DNA of 64,000 nucleotides from Candidatus Hydrothermales bacterium (GTDB lineage: Bacteria; Hydrothermota; Hydrothermia; Hydrothermales; JAJRUZ01): contig JBCNVI010000007.1 of the NCBI GenBank assembly GCA_039630235.1, positions 20,365 to 84,364 of the forward strand, read 5' to 3'. A program made the translations under genes and the position numbers. Positions 37,242-47,028 of the stretch are shown here, piece by piece. Below the pieces are notes generated by a model. It was not told the DNA's origin and ran no database searches. It was given only the letters and a program-made list of their open reading frames with translations. The stretch's first letter is position 1; each line of letters begins with the position of its first letter.

Positions 37242-37511
37242 ATGGCCTATATCATCTGTGAACCCTGTATTGGTGTAAAAGATACAGCCTGTGTAGAAGT
37301 TTGCCCAGTTGATGCTATTCACCCAAGAAAAGATGAGCCTGAGTACGAAACTTCAGATCAACTGTATATAAATCCTCAGGTCTGTATTGACTGCGGTGCC
37401 TGCGAGTCAGTCTGCCCAGTTCAAGCAATTTACGCAGAAGATGCTGTTCCTGATAAATGGAAAGATTTCATCAAAAAGAACTACGAGCACTACGGTCTCA
37501 CACCTCCTTAA
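37242..37511 (+). CDS. fdxA: 7Fe-type ferredoxin ([3Fe-4S][4Fe-4S], Azotobacter/Thermus FdI-like)
   Basis: RBS AAGGAGG 7 nt upstream. MAYIICEPCIGVKDTACVEVCPVDAIH.. and ..CIDCGACESVCPVQAI cluster motifs. The track ORF start at 37092 runs across tRNA-Leu and is rejected. Confidence 0.85.
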   Translation: MAYIICEPCIGVKDTACVEVCPVDAIHPRKDEPEYETSDQLYINPQVCIDCGACESVCPVQAIYAEDAVPDKWKDFIKKNYEHYGLTPP

Positions 37512-37535
37512 AAAAGTCTATCTTAAGATCTTTTA

Positions 37536-37567
37536 GGGGGGAAGGATTTCCCCCTTTTTTATTTTTT
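37536..37567 (+). terminator. Rho-independent terminator after the ferredoxin gene
   Basis: GGGGGA/TCCCCC stem (37536-37555) followed by a T-run (TTTTTTATTTTTT). Overlaps the 3' end of the convergent korB-like gene. Confidence 0.55.
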
Positions 37568-38449
37568 ATCAAATATTAACTCTAAAATCTCTTCTTTTTT
37601 TAGTTCTCTTTGCTTTTTAAATTCTTCGACGATTGAATAATCTTCGCTTCCGAAAAGACTAAGTTCGTAATGGTTGCTTTCTTCTATATAAAAAATACCA
37701 ACTGGAATTTTTCCTTTTTTCCATGTGTTAATTATGGACGATATTGCTTCTTCTCTGGAAGAGTAAGGACCATCAAGTAGTTCTATGTTTTCTCTGAAGT
37801 AATCATAGGAATACTCCTCGTTATAAGTCACACAGGGAGAAAGGACATCAATATGTGAAAAACCCTTGTGTTTTAGGGCGGCTTTTATGTATTCCTTAAG
37901 GCTCTTTATATCACCCGAAAAACCTCTTGCTACAAAGGTTGCACCAGCAGAAAGAGATAGTAAACAGGGTTCAATGGGACGATCTTTAGAGCCGTAAGGT
38001 GTGGTTCCCCTTACAAATCCATAAGGTGAGGTAGGCGACACTTGTCCTTTTGTTAGGGCATAAATTTCGTTATTCATTACAATGTATTTAATGTTTATAT
38101 TCCTTCTTGCTGCATGTATAAGATGGTTACCGCCAATACCGTACCCATCGCCATCACCACCAGTTACTATAACATTTAATTTTTGATTTGCTAACTTAAC
38201 TCCTGTAGCAACAGCTAAAAGCCTACCATGAATAGTATGAAAAGCATTAGCATTAATATAATCCGGCAATTTAGATGAACATCCTATTCCACTTACAATA
38301 ACAGTATCAAAGGGGGAAATTCCAAGTTCAAAGAGTGCCTGTTTTAATGCTGTAAGTACTCCAAAATCTCCACAACCCGGACACCATGTACTCTTTTTCC
38401 CTTCATAAATTTTAATATTTTTAATTTCAAAATCTAAGATTTTTTCCAT
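37559..38449 (-). CDS. 2-oxoacid:ferredoxin oxidoreductase beta subunit (TPP-binding) of a two-subunit OFOR
   Basis: WCPGCGDFG Cys motif. GGDGDGYGIGGNH TPP-binding motif. Confidence 0.8.
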   Translation of the reverse strand: MEKILDFEIKNIKIYEGKKSTWCPGCGDFGVLTALKQALFELGISPFDTVIVSGIGCSSKLPDYINANAFHTIHGRLLAVATGVKLANQKLNVIVTGGDGDGYGIGGNHLIHAARRNINIKYIVMNNEIYALTKGQVSPTSPYGFVRGTTPYGSKDRPIEPCLLSLSAGATFVARGFSGDIKSLKEYIKAALKHKGFSHIDVLSPCVTYNEEYSYDYFRENIELLDGPYSSREEAISSIINTWKKGKIPVGIFYIEESNHYELSLFGSEDYSIVEEFKKQRELKKEEILELIFDKK

Positions 38450-38450
38450 T

Positions 38451-40202
38451 TCAACCTTCTCCCTTTATAATTTTTTTTATTTCCCTTACTATTTCAGAGG
38501 GTTTAAAGGGTAAGCCGATGTATTTTCTTAGAGAAAAAACGTTCTCTTTTTTTCCCCATATTCTTGAAAGGTAATTTCTAAGCTGAGAAAATGAATTAAG
38601 TTCGCAAACAAAAACGTTTTTATTAAAGGTCAGTGAATAAATATAATCTTCGTGAAGAGGAAACAAGCTTCTAATCCTAAGATAGGAAAAGTCAAGCTTT
38701 TCTTCATTTAATCTATCTACAGCTTCCCTCATGGGACCTAAAGAGGAACCTATTCCAATCAGAACGTTTTTAGCTTCTTCCCTTCCATAAAGTTCAGGAA
38801 ATGGTAACTCATTAATAATATTTTCAAACTTTCTAATCCTTTTTTCTACCATTTCATTTCTATACTCACATTCCTCATCAATAAAGCCTTCTGGAGTTTT
38901 TTCATTTGAGTTATATCTCACGATTATGCCTTTCTGTCCGGGAAAACCTCTCAATGAAATACCATCCTCAGTTATCTCATATCTCTCATAGGGTTTTCCG
39001 TTTGTCATATAGCTAAGAACCATTTCGTCAGTTAAGATCTTTCCTCTTTCCCAAGTGTAATTTTCGTCATAGGGTATATCATCTATTGTTTGTTGATTTT
39101 GAGAGATTGCCTGCTCTGAGAGAACTATTACAGGAATCTGATATTTCTCAGCGAGATTGAAAGCTTTAAATGTAAATTCAAAACTTTCTTCAGGAGTTGA
39201 GGGTACAAGCACAATACGTGAAACATCGCCATGTCCTGCAAAGAGTATATGGTTTATATCTTCCTGTGAAGTTTTAGTTGGTATTCCAGTGGATGGTCCT
39301 GCTCTTTGGGCATGGTATATCACTAAGGGGACTTCTGCCATAGAGGCAAGAGAGAGTGCTTCAACTTTAAGAGCCATACCAGGACCGCTTGTGGCAGTCA
39401 TAGATCTTATACCGGCAAAGGAGGCACCAATAGCCATATTTATTGAAGCAATTTCATCTTCACCCTGGACTGTTACTCCTCCATACTTAGGTAGATGCTT
39501 TGAAAGGAATTCAAAGACTTCAGTTGATGGAGTTATTGGGTAAGCTGCAAAAAATCGACAACCAGCCGCTATTGCGCCTAAGGCTACTGCTTCGTTCCCC
39601 GAGAGAAAATACCTACCAGAATCAGTTCCCCTTTCAATTTGAAATCTCTCTTTAACTATCTTCTCAGCTAACACATAGCCCTCGGTTAATGCTCTTATGT
39701 TACTCTCAACTATCTTTTCGTCTTTTGCTTTCAAATAAAAAACTATCGTATTTTTGAATTCATCGGGATCAATACTGTATATGTATCCTAAAAAACCAAG
39801 AGCTATAACGTTTTTAAATATTTCTCTTTTAAAAAGCTCTCTTGCTCTTTTTTTAAGTGGGACTGAGTAAATATAAATGTCATTAAGATGAATATCTTTT
39901 AAATCGATTTCTTCATCGACAATAATAACTCCTCCTTTTTTCAAATCACGTGGGTGGATTTTTATCGCTTTCGGTTCGAAGGCAACTAAAGAGTCTATAT
40001 GGTCACCCCAAGAGTAAATTCTTTTTAAATTTGCTCTAATTGTGAGATTTGTAGGCAGACCTCTTATGTTTGAGGGAAAATCTTTTACTGACACAACATA
40101 AAGTCCTCTTCTTTTTAAAGTAAAGGCTAAAATTTCCCCGGCTAAAAGAGAACCATCTCCGGCAAGACCTGCAATTCTAACAGAAAAGTCCGAAAGTTTC
40201 AT
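38451..40202 (-). CDS. 2-oxoacid:ferredoxin oxidoreductase alpha subunit with an N-terminal gamma-like domain (gamma-alpha fusion)
   Basis: N-terminal POR gamma-type domain (IAGLAGDGSLLAGEILA), then the alpha N-domain GNEAVALGAIAAGCRFFAAYPITPSTE. 583 aa. Confidence 0.8.
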   Translation of the reverse strand: MKLSDFSVRIAGLAGDGSLLAGEILAFTLKRRGLYVVSVKDFPSNIRGLPTNLTIRANLKRIYSWGDHIDSLVAFEPKAIKIHPRDLKKGGVIIVDEEIDLKDIHLNDIYIYSVPLKKRARELFKREIFKNVIALGFLGYIYSIDPDEFKNTIVFYLKAKDEKIVESNIRALTEGYVLAEKIVKERFQIERGTDSGRYFLSGNEAVALGAIAAGCRFFAAYPITPSTEVFEFLSKHLPKYGGVTVQGEDEIASINMAIGASFAGIRSMTATSGPGMALKVEALSLASMAEVPLVIYHAQRAGPSTGIPTKTSQEDINHILFAGHGDVSRIVLVPSTPEESFEFTFKAFNLAEKYQIPVIVLSEQAISQNQQTIDDIPYDENYTWERGKILTDEMVLSYMTNGKPYERYEITEDGISLRGFPGQKGIIVRYNSNEKTPEGFIDEECEYRNEMVEKRIRKFENIINELPFPELYGREEAKNVLIGIGSSLGPMREAVDRLNEEKLDFSYLRIRSLFPLHEDYIYSLTFNKNVFVCELNSFSQLRNYLSRIWGKKENVFSLRKYIGLPFKPSEIVREIKKIIKGEG

Positions 40203-40284
40203 ACATACCTCCTTATTTTAAAAATTAATATACAGGATCTTTTTTAAAAATTCAAGTGATTATTAAATTTTATTAATTTTAAAA

Positions 40285-41223
40285 TTAGAAGACTTTTAAA
40301 CCATCAAGCCTTAAGAGTTTCTCCCATTTTTCGTCCACTTTTTTTTGAATTTCTTCGATAAGATCGTCTCTTCCGATTAAATGGCTGAATCTTTCTTGTT
40401 TTAAAAGAAAAGTTTTTACAGGTAATTTTTCTTTAGGCTTATAGTTTACTCTATAGACTCCTTCCTCTATTTCATAGAGTGGCCAAAAACATGTCTCAAC
40501 GGCTAATCTTGCTATTTCAACTGTCTCATCTTCTTTATATCCCCACCCGATAACGCATGGGGCTATTATGCTTATAAACTTGGGCCCCTCAATCTCATAG
40601 GCTTTCCTAAGTTTTCTTATAAGATCTCCCCAATGAGATATAGAAGCTTGAGCTACATAAGGAATCTTATGTGCCGCCACAATTTCTATAATTTCTTTTC
40701 TATCCTGAATTTTTCCAAAAGAAGATTTTCCAGCAGGTGAGGTGGTAGTGCTTGCACCAAATGGTGTTGCAGAGGATCTCTGAATACCTGTGTTCATATA
40801 AGCTTGGTTATCATACAAAACGTAAAGAAAATTATGCCCCCGCTCCAATGCTCCAGAGAGGGCTTGTAAGCCAATATCGTAGGTTCCTCCATCACCTCCT
40901 ATAGCAATAAAAACAATTTTTTTATCTTCTTTAATTTCTCCTCTTCTTTTTAAAGCTTTATATGCCGCTTCAACACCTGATATAACAGCTGCAGCATTTT
41001 CAAAGGCAACATGAATCCAACTGCAGGGCCATGCAGAATAAGGGTAAATAGTAGAGACAACCTCTAAGCAACCTGTGGCATTAGAAACAACTACCGGATA
41101 ATCAGATGATCCTAAGACCATCCTTATAATAGATGGAAAAGAACAGCCCGCACAAGCCCTATGGCCTGATGCAAGCCCTACTGTTCTTTCTGCCAGCTCC
41201 TTTAACGAAAGTATCCTCTTCAT
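40285..41223 (-). CDS. porB: Pyruvate:ferredoxin oxidoreductase beta subunit
   Basis: ACAGCS..; TPP motif IGGDGGTYDIG. Last gene of the porGDAB order. Confidence 0.8.
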   Translation of the reverse strand: MKRILSLKELAERTVGLASGHRACAGCSFPSIIRMVLGSSDYPVVVSNATGCLEVVSTIYPYSAWPCSWIHVAFENAAAVISGVEAAYKALKRRGEIKEDKKIVFIAIGGDGGTYDIGLQALSGALERGHNFLYVLYDNQAYMNTGIQRSSATPFGASTTTSPAGKSSFGKIQDRKEIIEIVAAHKIPYVAQASISHWGDLIRKLRKAYEIEGPKFISIIAPCVIGWGYKEDETVEIARLAVETCFWPLYEIEEGVYRVNYKPKEKLPVKTFLLKQERFSHLIGRDDLIEEIQKKVDEKWEKLLRLDGLKVF

Positions 41224-41228
41224 CTTTT

Positions 41229-42419
41229 TTACTCCCTTAACCCAATATAAATATACTCCTCAGTTATTTTATTTTTCATTCCTATATCTTTTAAAATATC
41301 AAAAACTTTCATAGCATCCTCTATTCCAAACTCTCTGCCACCCAGACCAAAAACAAAACTCTGCACTAAGGGTCTTTTTGATAAGGGATAAAGAGCTGCC
41401 CTTAACTCTATAGACAAAGGTCCTCCCATAGTGCTGAAAGTTTCAGCTCTATCCATAACTCCAACAACTTTCACATTAGTTAGCTTTTCTCTTAAAATTT
41501 CATACGGAAAGGGTCTCATCACCTTTAATCTCAAAACTCCAACCTTCTCCCCCTTATTTCTTAATTCATCCACTACTTCCTTAAACGTACCAGCAGCCGA
41601 AGACATAACCACAACTACTATCTCGGCATCCTCTATATTATATTCTTCAACAAAGGAAGGTACGTTAATACCGAACCTTGCCCTATACTCTTCAAAAACA
41701 TCATTTATTATCTTTTTTGCCTTTATGACTCCTTCAAGTTGATTTCTTTTATATTCAAGATAATAATCAAATAGAGTGAGAGAACCAAGTGTAATAGGTT
41801 TTTCTACGTCAAGGAGCGAGTAGAGGGGTTTTCTTTTTCCAATAAAGCTTTTTACCTCCTCGTCTTCAAGAACAAAAACCTTTTCCATCCCATGGGTAAC
41901 TATGAATCCGTCCATCATAACCATACAGGGCAGGTTTGCTTCTTCTGATATCCTTACGGCATTTATTATAGTATGATAAACTTCGTTTGCATTTTCGCAG
42001 TACATCTGAATCCAACCACAGTCTCTCGAACCCATAGTGTCTGAGTGGTCACAATGAATGTTTAGTGGTCCTGAAAGAGCTCTGTTACCTACTATCATCA
42101 CGATGGGTAACCTCATAGAGGAAGCTATGTAGAGAATTTCATGCATAAGAGCAAGTCCCTGAGAACTTGTTGCAGTTATAACTCTTGCTCCTGAAGCTGA
42201 AGCCCCGATGCAAACAGAAATAGCTGAATGTTCTGATTCTACAGGGATAAATTCTGTGTCTACCTCTCCATCTGCAACATATTTAGAAAAAATCATAACT
42301 ATTTCTGAGGAGGGGGTAATAGGATAGGCAGCTACAACGTCTGGATTTATCTGTTTCATTGCAAAAGCTGCTGCTTCATTACCTGTTTTAGCAACGAATT
42401 TTCTCGTCTCTACTTTCAT
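41229..42419 (-). CDS. porA: Pyruvate:ferredoxin oxidoreductase alpha subunit
   Basis: Start set at MKVETRK.. (AGGAGG RBS; ATGA overlap with the porD stop). ..GNEAAAFAMKQINPDVVAAYPITPSSE alpha-domain signature. Confidence 0.8.
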   Translation of the reverse strand: MKVETRKFVAKTGNEAAAFAMKQINPDVVAAYPITPSSEIVMIFSKYVADGEVDTEFIPVESEHSAISVCIGASASGARVITATSSQGLALMHEILYIASSMRLPIVMIVGNRALSGPLNIHCDHSDTMGSRDCGWIQMYCENANEVYHTIINAVRISEEANLPCMVMMDGFIVTHGMEKVFVLEDEEVKSFIGKRKPLYSLLDVEKPITLGSLTLFDYYLEYKRNQLEGVIKAKKIINDVFEEYRARFGINVPSFVEEYNIEDAEIVVVVMSSAAGTFKEVVDELRNKGEKVGVLRLKVMRPFPYEILREKLTNVKVVGVMDRAETFSTMGGPLSIELRAALYPLSKRPLVQSFVFGLGGREFGIEDAMKVFDILKDIGMKNKITEEYIYIGLRE

Positions 42420-42697
42420 ATCTCTTCCTCCTTCATGCTTATTGCACCTTTTGGACATACGTTGGCACAGATACCGCAACCTTTACAATAATCTAGATCA
42501 ATGCCAATTACCTTTCCTAATTTGACTTTTATAGCAGAATCGGGACAATAAAGAAAACAAATTAAACAATGGGTACAGTCACTTTCTGAAAATAAAGGTG
42601 TTTTTATTCTCCAGTCACCAGTTTTATATTGTGGAGAGGTGGGAGTATTTCTTACAACTCCTCCCTCTTCAAGCTCTTTCCAAGTTTTTAACTTCAT
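42416..42697 (-). CDS. porD: Pyruvate:ferredoxin oxidoreductase delta subunit (2x[4Fe-4S])
   Basis: CTHCLICFLYCPD and CKGCGICANVCPK ferredoxin-like motifs. 93 aa. Confidence 0.8.
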   Translation of the reverse strand: MKLKTWKELEEGGVVRNTPTSPQYKTGDWRIKTPLFSESDCTHCLICFLYCPDSAIKVKLGKVIGIDLDYCKGCGICANVCPKGAISMKEEEI

Positions 42698-43260
42698 TCT
42701 TTAACCTCCTTATAGGCTCTTTTTATAGCTTCAATATTTTTTTCAACAGTTTCTTTGTCGTATTTACTCATTAATCTATCTTTTAAAACCCCAATGAATT
42801 CTTCAAGGGAGTGCGATTTTAAAATTTTTAGAAGAGCGCCAAGCATTGGGGTATTGGGAAGGTTTCTTCCAAAAATCTCTTTTGAAATAGATGTAGCATC
42901 AACAGTCTTTATCTCTCCCTTTAACTCAAACTTTTCTCTTAGTTCTTCCCGTCCCATACTTGTGTTTACTATTATAATTGTGTCATTTTTTACAAAATTC
43001 CTTAAAACTTTAGATTTTAAAAGTGTTTTATCTATGACTACTATAATGTCAGGATCTTTAACTCCATAGTGGCCTTTTATAGGGTCATCGCTAATTCTGG
43101 TAAAGGCTACAACTGGAGCTCCTCTTCTTTCTGGACCGTACTCTGGGAAAGCCTTTATGTATTTTCCGATATACGCGAAAGCTTCTCCTAAAAGTAGAGC
43201 AGCTGTTTTTACTCCCATACCTCCTCTACCCAGCCACATAATATCAATTTTCTTGTTCAT
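42694..43260 (-). CDS. porG: Pyruvate:ferredoxin oxidoreductase gamma subunit
   Basis: MWLGRGGMGVKTAALLLGEA.. POR gamma domain. 4-nt overlap with porD. Confidence 0.8.
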   Translation of the reverse strand: MNKKIDIMWLGRGGMGVKTAALLLGEAFAYIGKYIKAFPEYGPERRGAPVVAFTRISDDPIKGHYGVKDPDIIVVIDKTLLKSKVLRNFVKNDTIIIVNTSMGREELREKFELKGEIKTVDATSISKEIFGRNLPNTPMLGALLKILKSHSLEEFIGVLKDRLMSKYDKETVEKNIEAIKRAYKEVKE

Positions 43261-43389
43261 TTTTCCTCCTCAAATTTTAGAAATAAGTATAATTTACTTA
43301 AATGTTTAAATTCAAATAAATTCAAATTTTATTAACCTTTTTGAAATTACTTATGTTTAAAAGATAAAATTTACCAAAGGAGGTGAAAA

Positions 43390-43764
43390 ATGGAGAAAAA
43401 AAGAATACTTATAGTTGATGATGAGGAGGATATTCTTACTCTGGTAGAGGAAATTTTAAAAGATGATTATCTTGTTGAAAGGGCGAACTCTCCGTCTAGA
43501 GCAATTGAAATTTTAAAAAGGGATTCTAATTTCGATTTAATCTTACTTGATATTATATTACCTGAAAAAGATGGGTGGGAGCTTTTAAGAGATTTTAAAA
43601 ACCTTTTAAAAGATAAGGAAATTCCTGTTGCTATTTTTTCAATTCTTAAAGAACCGCAGGATATGTTAAAGGCAATTAAAGAGGGAGCAATTGCTTATAT
43701 TGTTAAACCATTTGACCCTGAGGGGTTAAAAAATAGAATAAGAGAAATCTTTGAAAAATTATGA
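43390..43764 (+). CDS. Stand-alone response-regulator receiver (CheY-like) protein
   Basis: RBS AAAGGAGGTGAAAA. ILIVDDEEDIL, phospho-acceptor D in ..LILLDIILP.., K in ..AYIVKPF. 124 aa, no output domain. Confidence 0.8.
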   Translation: MEKKRILIVDDEEDILTLVEEILKDDYLVERANSPSRAIEILKRDSNFDLILLDIILPEKDGWELLRDFKNLLKDKEIPVAIFSILKEPQDMLKAIKEGAIAYIVKPFDPEGLKNRIREIFEKL

Positions 43765-44954
43765 AGGATGAAATTTCCGGACTACCTTTATTAATTGAAA
43801 TCATTAATCAACTTAAAGATCGTATTGAAAAAGAAAAAGAGGTTTATCTCTTAATAATTCAAATTCTCGAATCATCAATTTATGAAGATGAATTTGGATT
43901 TGATGTTTTTGATTCTTGGATAAAAAACCTTGCAGAGTTTACAAGAATTTCTGTTACAAAAGAATTTACGTCTTATGAAAATCCAATCGTGTTTACAACA
44001 GAGCCTTTTTCAAGCTTAATTTGTATTCTTTTTCCTAAAACTCATGATCCAAAAAAATTTATGAATAAATTAAAAAGTGAAATTGAAAAACTCATTCCTG
44101 CTCCCACTGCAATTACACTAAGAGAAATAAAATTTGATCCATTAAGGAGAACAGAAAGGATTATCTATCAGACGATAAATGAAGTGAAAATTGAACATAT
44201 GAAAACTGAAAGTAAAATGAAATCCAATATAAAATCTCTGTTTAAAAAAATAATTAGAACAGCAGAGATAAAGATGGTTTTCCAGCCAATTTTTGAAATT
44301 TCTGAGGAAAAAACAACTTATGGATTTGAGGCTCTTGCGAGAGGACCGAAAGGAACAGAACTTGAAATGCCTTCAGCTCTTTTTTCTGTAGCTGATGAGT
44401 TAAATGAATTAGAAAGTTTAGAAAAATTATGTAGATGGAAGGCTCTTTTAACATTAAAAAAATTACCAAATGAAAAATATAAGATTTTCTTAAATGTTTC
44501 CTCTAAAATTTTGCAACAAAAAAGTAACTATATAGAAGAACTGATCGAAAATTTAGAAGAACTTAAGATAAAAAAGAATAGAATTGTATTAGAACTAACA
44601 GAGAGGTATGCTATTTATGATTTTGACACTTTAAAGAAAAATGTAAATTATCTTAAAGAGAACAATATTGAACTTTCGATAGATGATGTAGGAGTAGGGT
44701 ATTCCTCACTTCAAACATTAGCTGAATTAAATCCGGATTATCTAAAATATGATATGGTTCTTGTTAGAGATATTCATAAGGATATAGTCAAGCAAAACCT
44801 TCTTGAAATGGTGTTAAATTTTGGGGAAAAAATAAAGGCAAAAGTAATCGCTGAAGGAATAGAAAAAGAGGAAGAGCTTATTACTTTAAAAAAGATCGGT
44901 ATAAAGTACGGACAAGGTTTTTATCTTTCCTATCCTTTTGAAGTTGAAATATAA
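43761..44954 (+). CDS. EAL-domain c-di-GMP phosphodiesterase with an uncharacterised (possibly degenerate GGDEF-like) N-terminal domain
   Basis: EAL motifs: ..QPIFEI..YGFEALARGP.., ELTERY, IDDVGVGYSSL, ..KVIAEGIE..GIKYGQGFYLSYP. 4-nt overlap with the receiver gene. Confidence 0.75.
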   Translation: MKDEISGLPLLIEIINQLKDRIEKEKEVYLLIIQILESSIYEDEFGFDVFDSWIKNLAEFTRISVTKEFTSYENPIVFTTEPFSSLICILFPKTHDPKKFMNKLKSEIEKLIPAPTAITLREIKFDPLRRTERIIYQTINEVKIEHMKTESKMKSNIKSLFKKIIRTAEIKMVFQPIFEISEEKTTYGFEALARGPKGTELEMPSALFSVADELNELESLEKLCRWKALLTLKKLPNEKYKIFLNVSSKILQQKSNYIEELIENLEELKIKKNRIVLELTERYAIYDFDTLKKNVNYLKENNIELSIDDVGVGYSSLQTLAELNPDYLKYDMVLVRDIHKDIVKQNLLEMVLNFGEKIKAKVIAEGIEKEEELITLKKIGIKYGQGFYLSYPFEVEI

Positions 44955-44959
44955 AAGAT

Positions 44960-46882
44960 TTATTCAGAAACACTAATAACCTTAAATTCTACCCTCCTAT
45001 TCATCGCTCTTCCTTCTCGGGTCAAATTATCCGCTATGGGCATAGTTTCACCATACCCCTTTGCAATAAGTTTCGATGGATCAATATTATGGAAATTAAT
45101 TAGGTAATTCCTTACTGCTTCTGCTCTTGCCTGAGAGAGTGTGAGATTATAACTATCTGAACCCACAGAGTCTGTATGACCCTGAATTTCTATTACAGCG
45201 TTTGGATTTGCCTTTAAAAATTCAGCAACTCTATCAAGAATTGGATAAGACTCAGGTTTTATAGTAGCTTTTCCTGTGTCAAAGTAAATATTTTGTAACC
45301 TTATTGTAACCCCTTTTTGAGCTTTCTTTTTTAACTTTATGTTCTTTTCAACTAAGGGTTCACCTTCTTTAAGAACCACAGGTATACTTTCCGAAATGTA
45401 ACCTTCTGCCTCAATTTTCAAAATATATGTTCCTGGTGGTAATTTTAATTTAAATGAACCAGTTTCAGGATCGCTTAGAGTCCCCTCAAATCCTGTCTCT
45501 GGAATTGAAACTTTCGCTATGATAGGCTCTTCTGTTACGTTATCTACTATCTTTCCTGTAAGTAGTATCAATTCTTTTTTCTTTAGAGGAAAATCTATAA
45601 CCAGTTCAGCACCCTCCTTTAAGACAAAACTCTTTCTCATCCATGCATAACCTTCCTTTTCAACATAGAAACTATAGGTACCAGGTTCAAGCTCTACTGA
45701 ATAAAAGCCATTCATGTCTGAGGAAATAGGGGGCTTATCTGTACCTTCTATCAAAATTTGAGCCATAAGGGGTTCACCACTTATTGCATCATATATTTTG
45801 CCACTAACTTTTGCAATTTTAGGTGCAGGCGGAGGAGGGGGTGGTGGAGAAGCTGGTGGAGGAGGTGGTGGAGTAACTGTAACTTTCTTAGGTAAAAGAT
45901 TGTAAACGTTTGACATTAGAAAAATAAATCTCCAATCTGGTATATAAGTAAATAAGTTTCTATCATGTGAATAGATAAAAATTAACGAGTCAGCTATATT
46001 CCTTATCTTTGCATCTACAGCAAAATCAAAGATAACTCCACCTGGGGTTTTAAATCTTACTCCAGGAGTTAAAGCTAAGAGATTCGTTCTTAACTCAATA
46101 AAGTATACTCCGTGAAAGTCTAATATAAAGTCAACATAGGGACCTGCAGATAAAGTTAGATTAACTCCAAAGGGTAGCCTTGTAAAATCTTTGAATTCAT
46201 CTTTATTTTTAAAAACCGTGTCTCTGCGAGGAACACCACTTTCATCGAAATTATACCACAAAATCGGGAAGATATTTTCTTTTGCAGGTCTTCCGGTTTG
46301 GTGAAATCCTATCATACCATTTAAGCTCAATATTTGAAGTTTGACTCCTAAAAGTAGATGTGACCAAAATTGGCCGCTTTGAGGTATATACATAGGAAAA
46401 CCATAGGCTACAAATTTTGGATCCTTTCTTTCAATACCAAGATTAGGAAGATAATATCCAAAGGAAATTCCTCCAGAAAGTTCTATGCCAGTTAATGTAT
46501 CTGAGAAAAAACTATGTCCAAGTTTTGTAAGAATATCTAAGCCTCTGTATGCGAAATAACCATCATCATCTCTTTGTCGTGGAATATCAGCCCTTTCTAA
46601 CATTCTACCTTCAAAATCAGTTCTAAATCCAAACTCTAAGAAGTTAAAGGGAGTATAAGAAAATAAAATTGAGGAAAGCAGATAATGTCTTCTATCGTTG
46701 AGAGGGTTATTAACAGAATCAACTGTGTTATCCCAATATCTAAAATCTTGGAAGGAGTATCCACCGTAGAGAGAAAAAGAAAAGTCTCCCTGTTGGTGTG
46801 TTTTCGGATGAATAACTCTAAATGATCCACTTAAGCCATTTATTGATGGAACTGAAATTACAATTAACAGAAATAAGTTCAT
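44960..46882 (-). CDS. OmpA-family outer-membrane protein: N-terminal beta-barrel, poly-Pro linker, two carboxypeptidase-regulatory-like domains, C-terminal OmpA peptidoglycan-binding domain
   Basis: Signal peptide. PPPPPPASPPPPPPPAP linker. C-terminal ..IEIQGHTDSVGSDSYNLTLSQARAEAVRNYL..AKGYGETMPIADN..GRAMNRRVEF OmpA_C signature. Confidence 0.8.
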   Translation of the reverse strand: MNLFLLIVISVPSINGLSGSFRVIHPKTHQQGDFSFSLYGGYSFQDFRYWDNTVDSVNNPLNDRRHYLLSSILFSYTPFNFLEFGFRTDFEGRMLERADIPRQRDDDGYFAYRGLDILTKLGHSFFSDTLTGIELSGGISFGYYLPNLGIERKDPKFVAYGFPMYIPQSGQFWSHLLLGVKLQILSLNGMIGFHQTGRPAKENIFPILWYNFDESGVPRRDTVFKNKDEFKDFTRLPFGVNLTLSAGPYVDFILDFHGVYFIELRTNLLALTPGVRFKTPGGVIFDFAVDAKIRNIADSLIFIYSHDRNLFTYIPDWRFIFLMSNVYNLLPKKVTVTPPPPPPASPPPPPPPAPKIAKVSGKIYDAISGEPLMAQILIEGTDKPPISSDMNGFYSVELEPGTYSFYVEKEGYAWMRKSFVLKEGAELVIDFPLKKKELILLTGKIVDNVTEEPIIAKVSIPETGFEGTLSDPETGSFKLKLPPGTYILKIEAEGYISESIPVVLKEGEPLVEKNIKLKKKAQKGVTIRLQNIYFDTGKATIKPESYPILDRVAEFLKANPNAVIEIQGHTDSVGSDSYNLTLSQARAEAVRNYLINFHNIDPSKLIAKGYGETMPIADNLTREGRAMNRRVEFKVISVSE

Positions 46883-46903
46883 TTTCTTTTAAATTAATTT
46901 TAA

Positions 46904-46978
46904 TGGCCCCAGGGGGATTTGAACCCCCGTCTCCACCTTGAAAGAGTGATGTCCTGGGCCTGGCTAGACGATGGGGCC
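46904..46978 (-). tRNA. tRNA-Glu (anticodon UUC)
   Basis: Reverse complement: acceptor GGCCCCA/TGGGGCC. Anticodon arm TCACT-CTTTCAA-GGTGG (UUC). T-arm GGGGG TTCAAAT CCCCC. Discriminator A. Confidence 0.8.
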
Positions 46979-47028
46979 ATTAAAATATAATAGAATAATT
47001 TTAACACACGTTTCTTAAAAAATTCAAA

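Noticed and set aside
39157-43069. Plus-strand ORFs 39157..39543, 41431..41742, 42755..43069 inside the kor/por genes
   Set aside because: Antisense to conserved TPP-enzyme genes that have translational coupling. No independent support.
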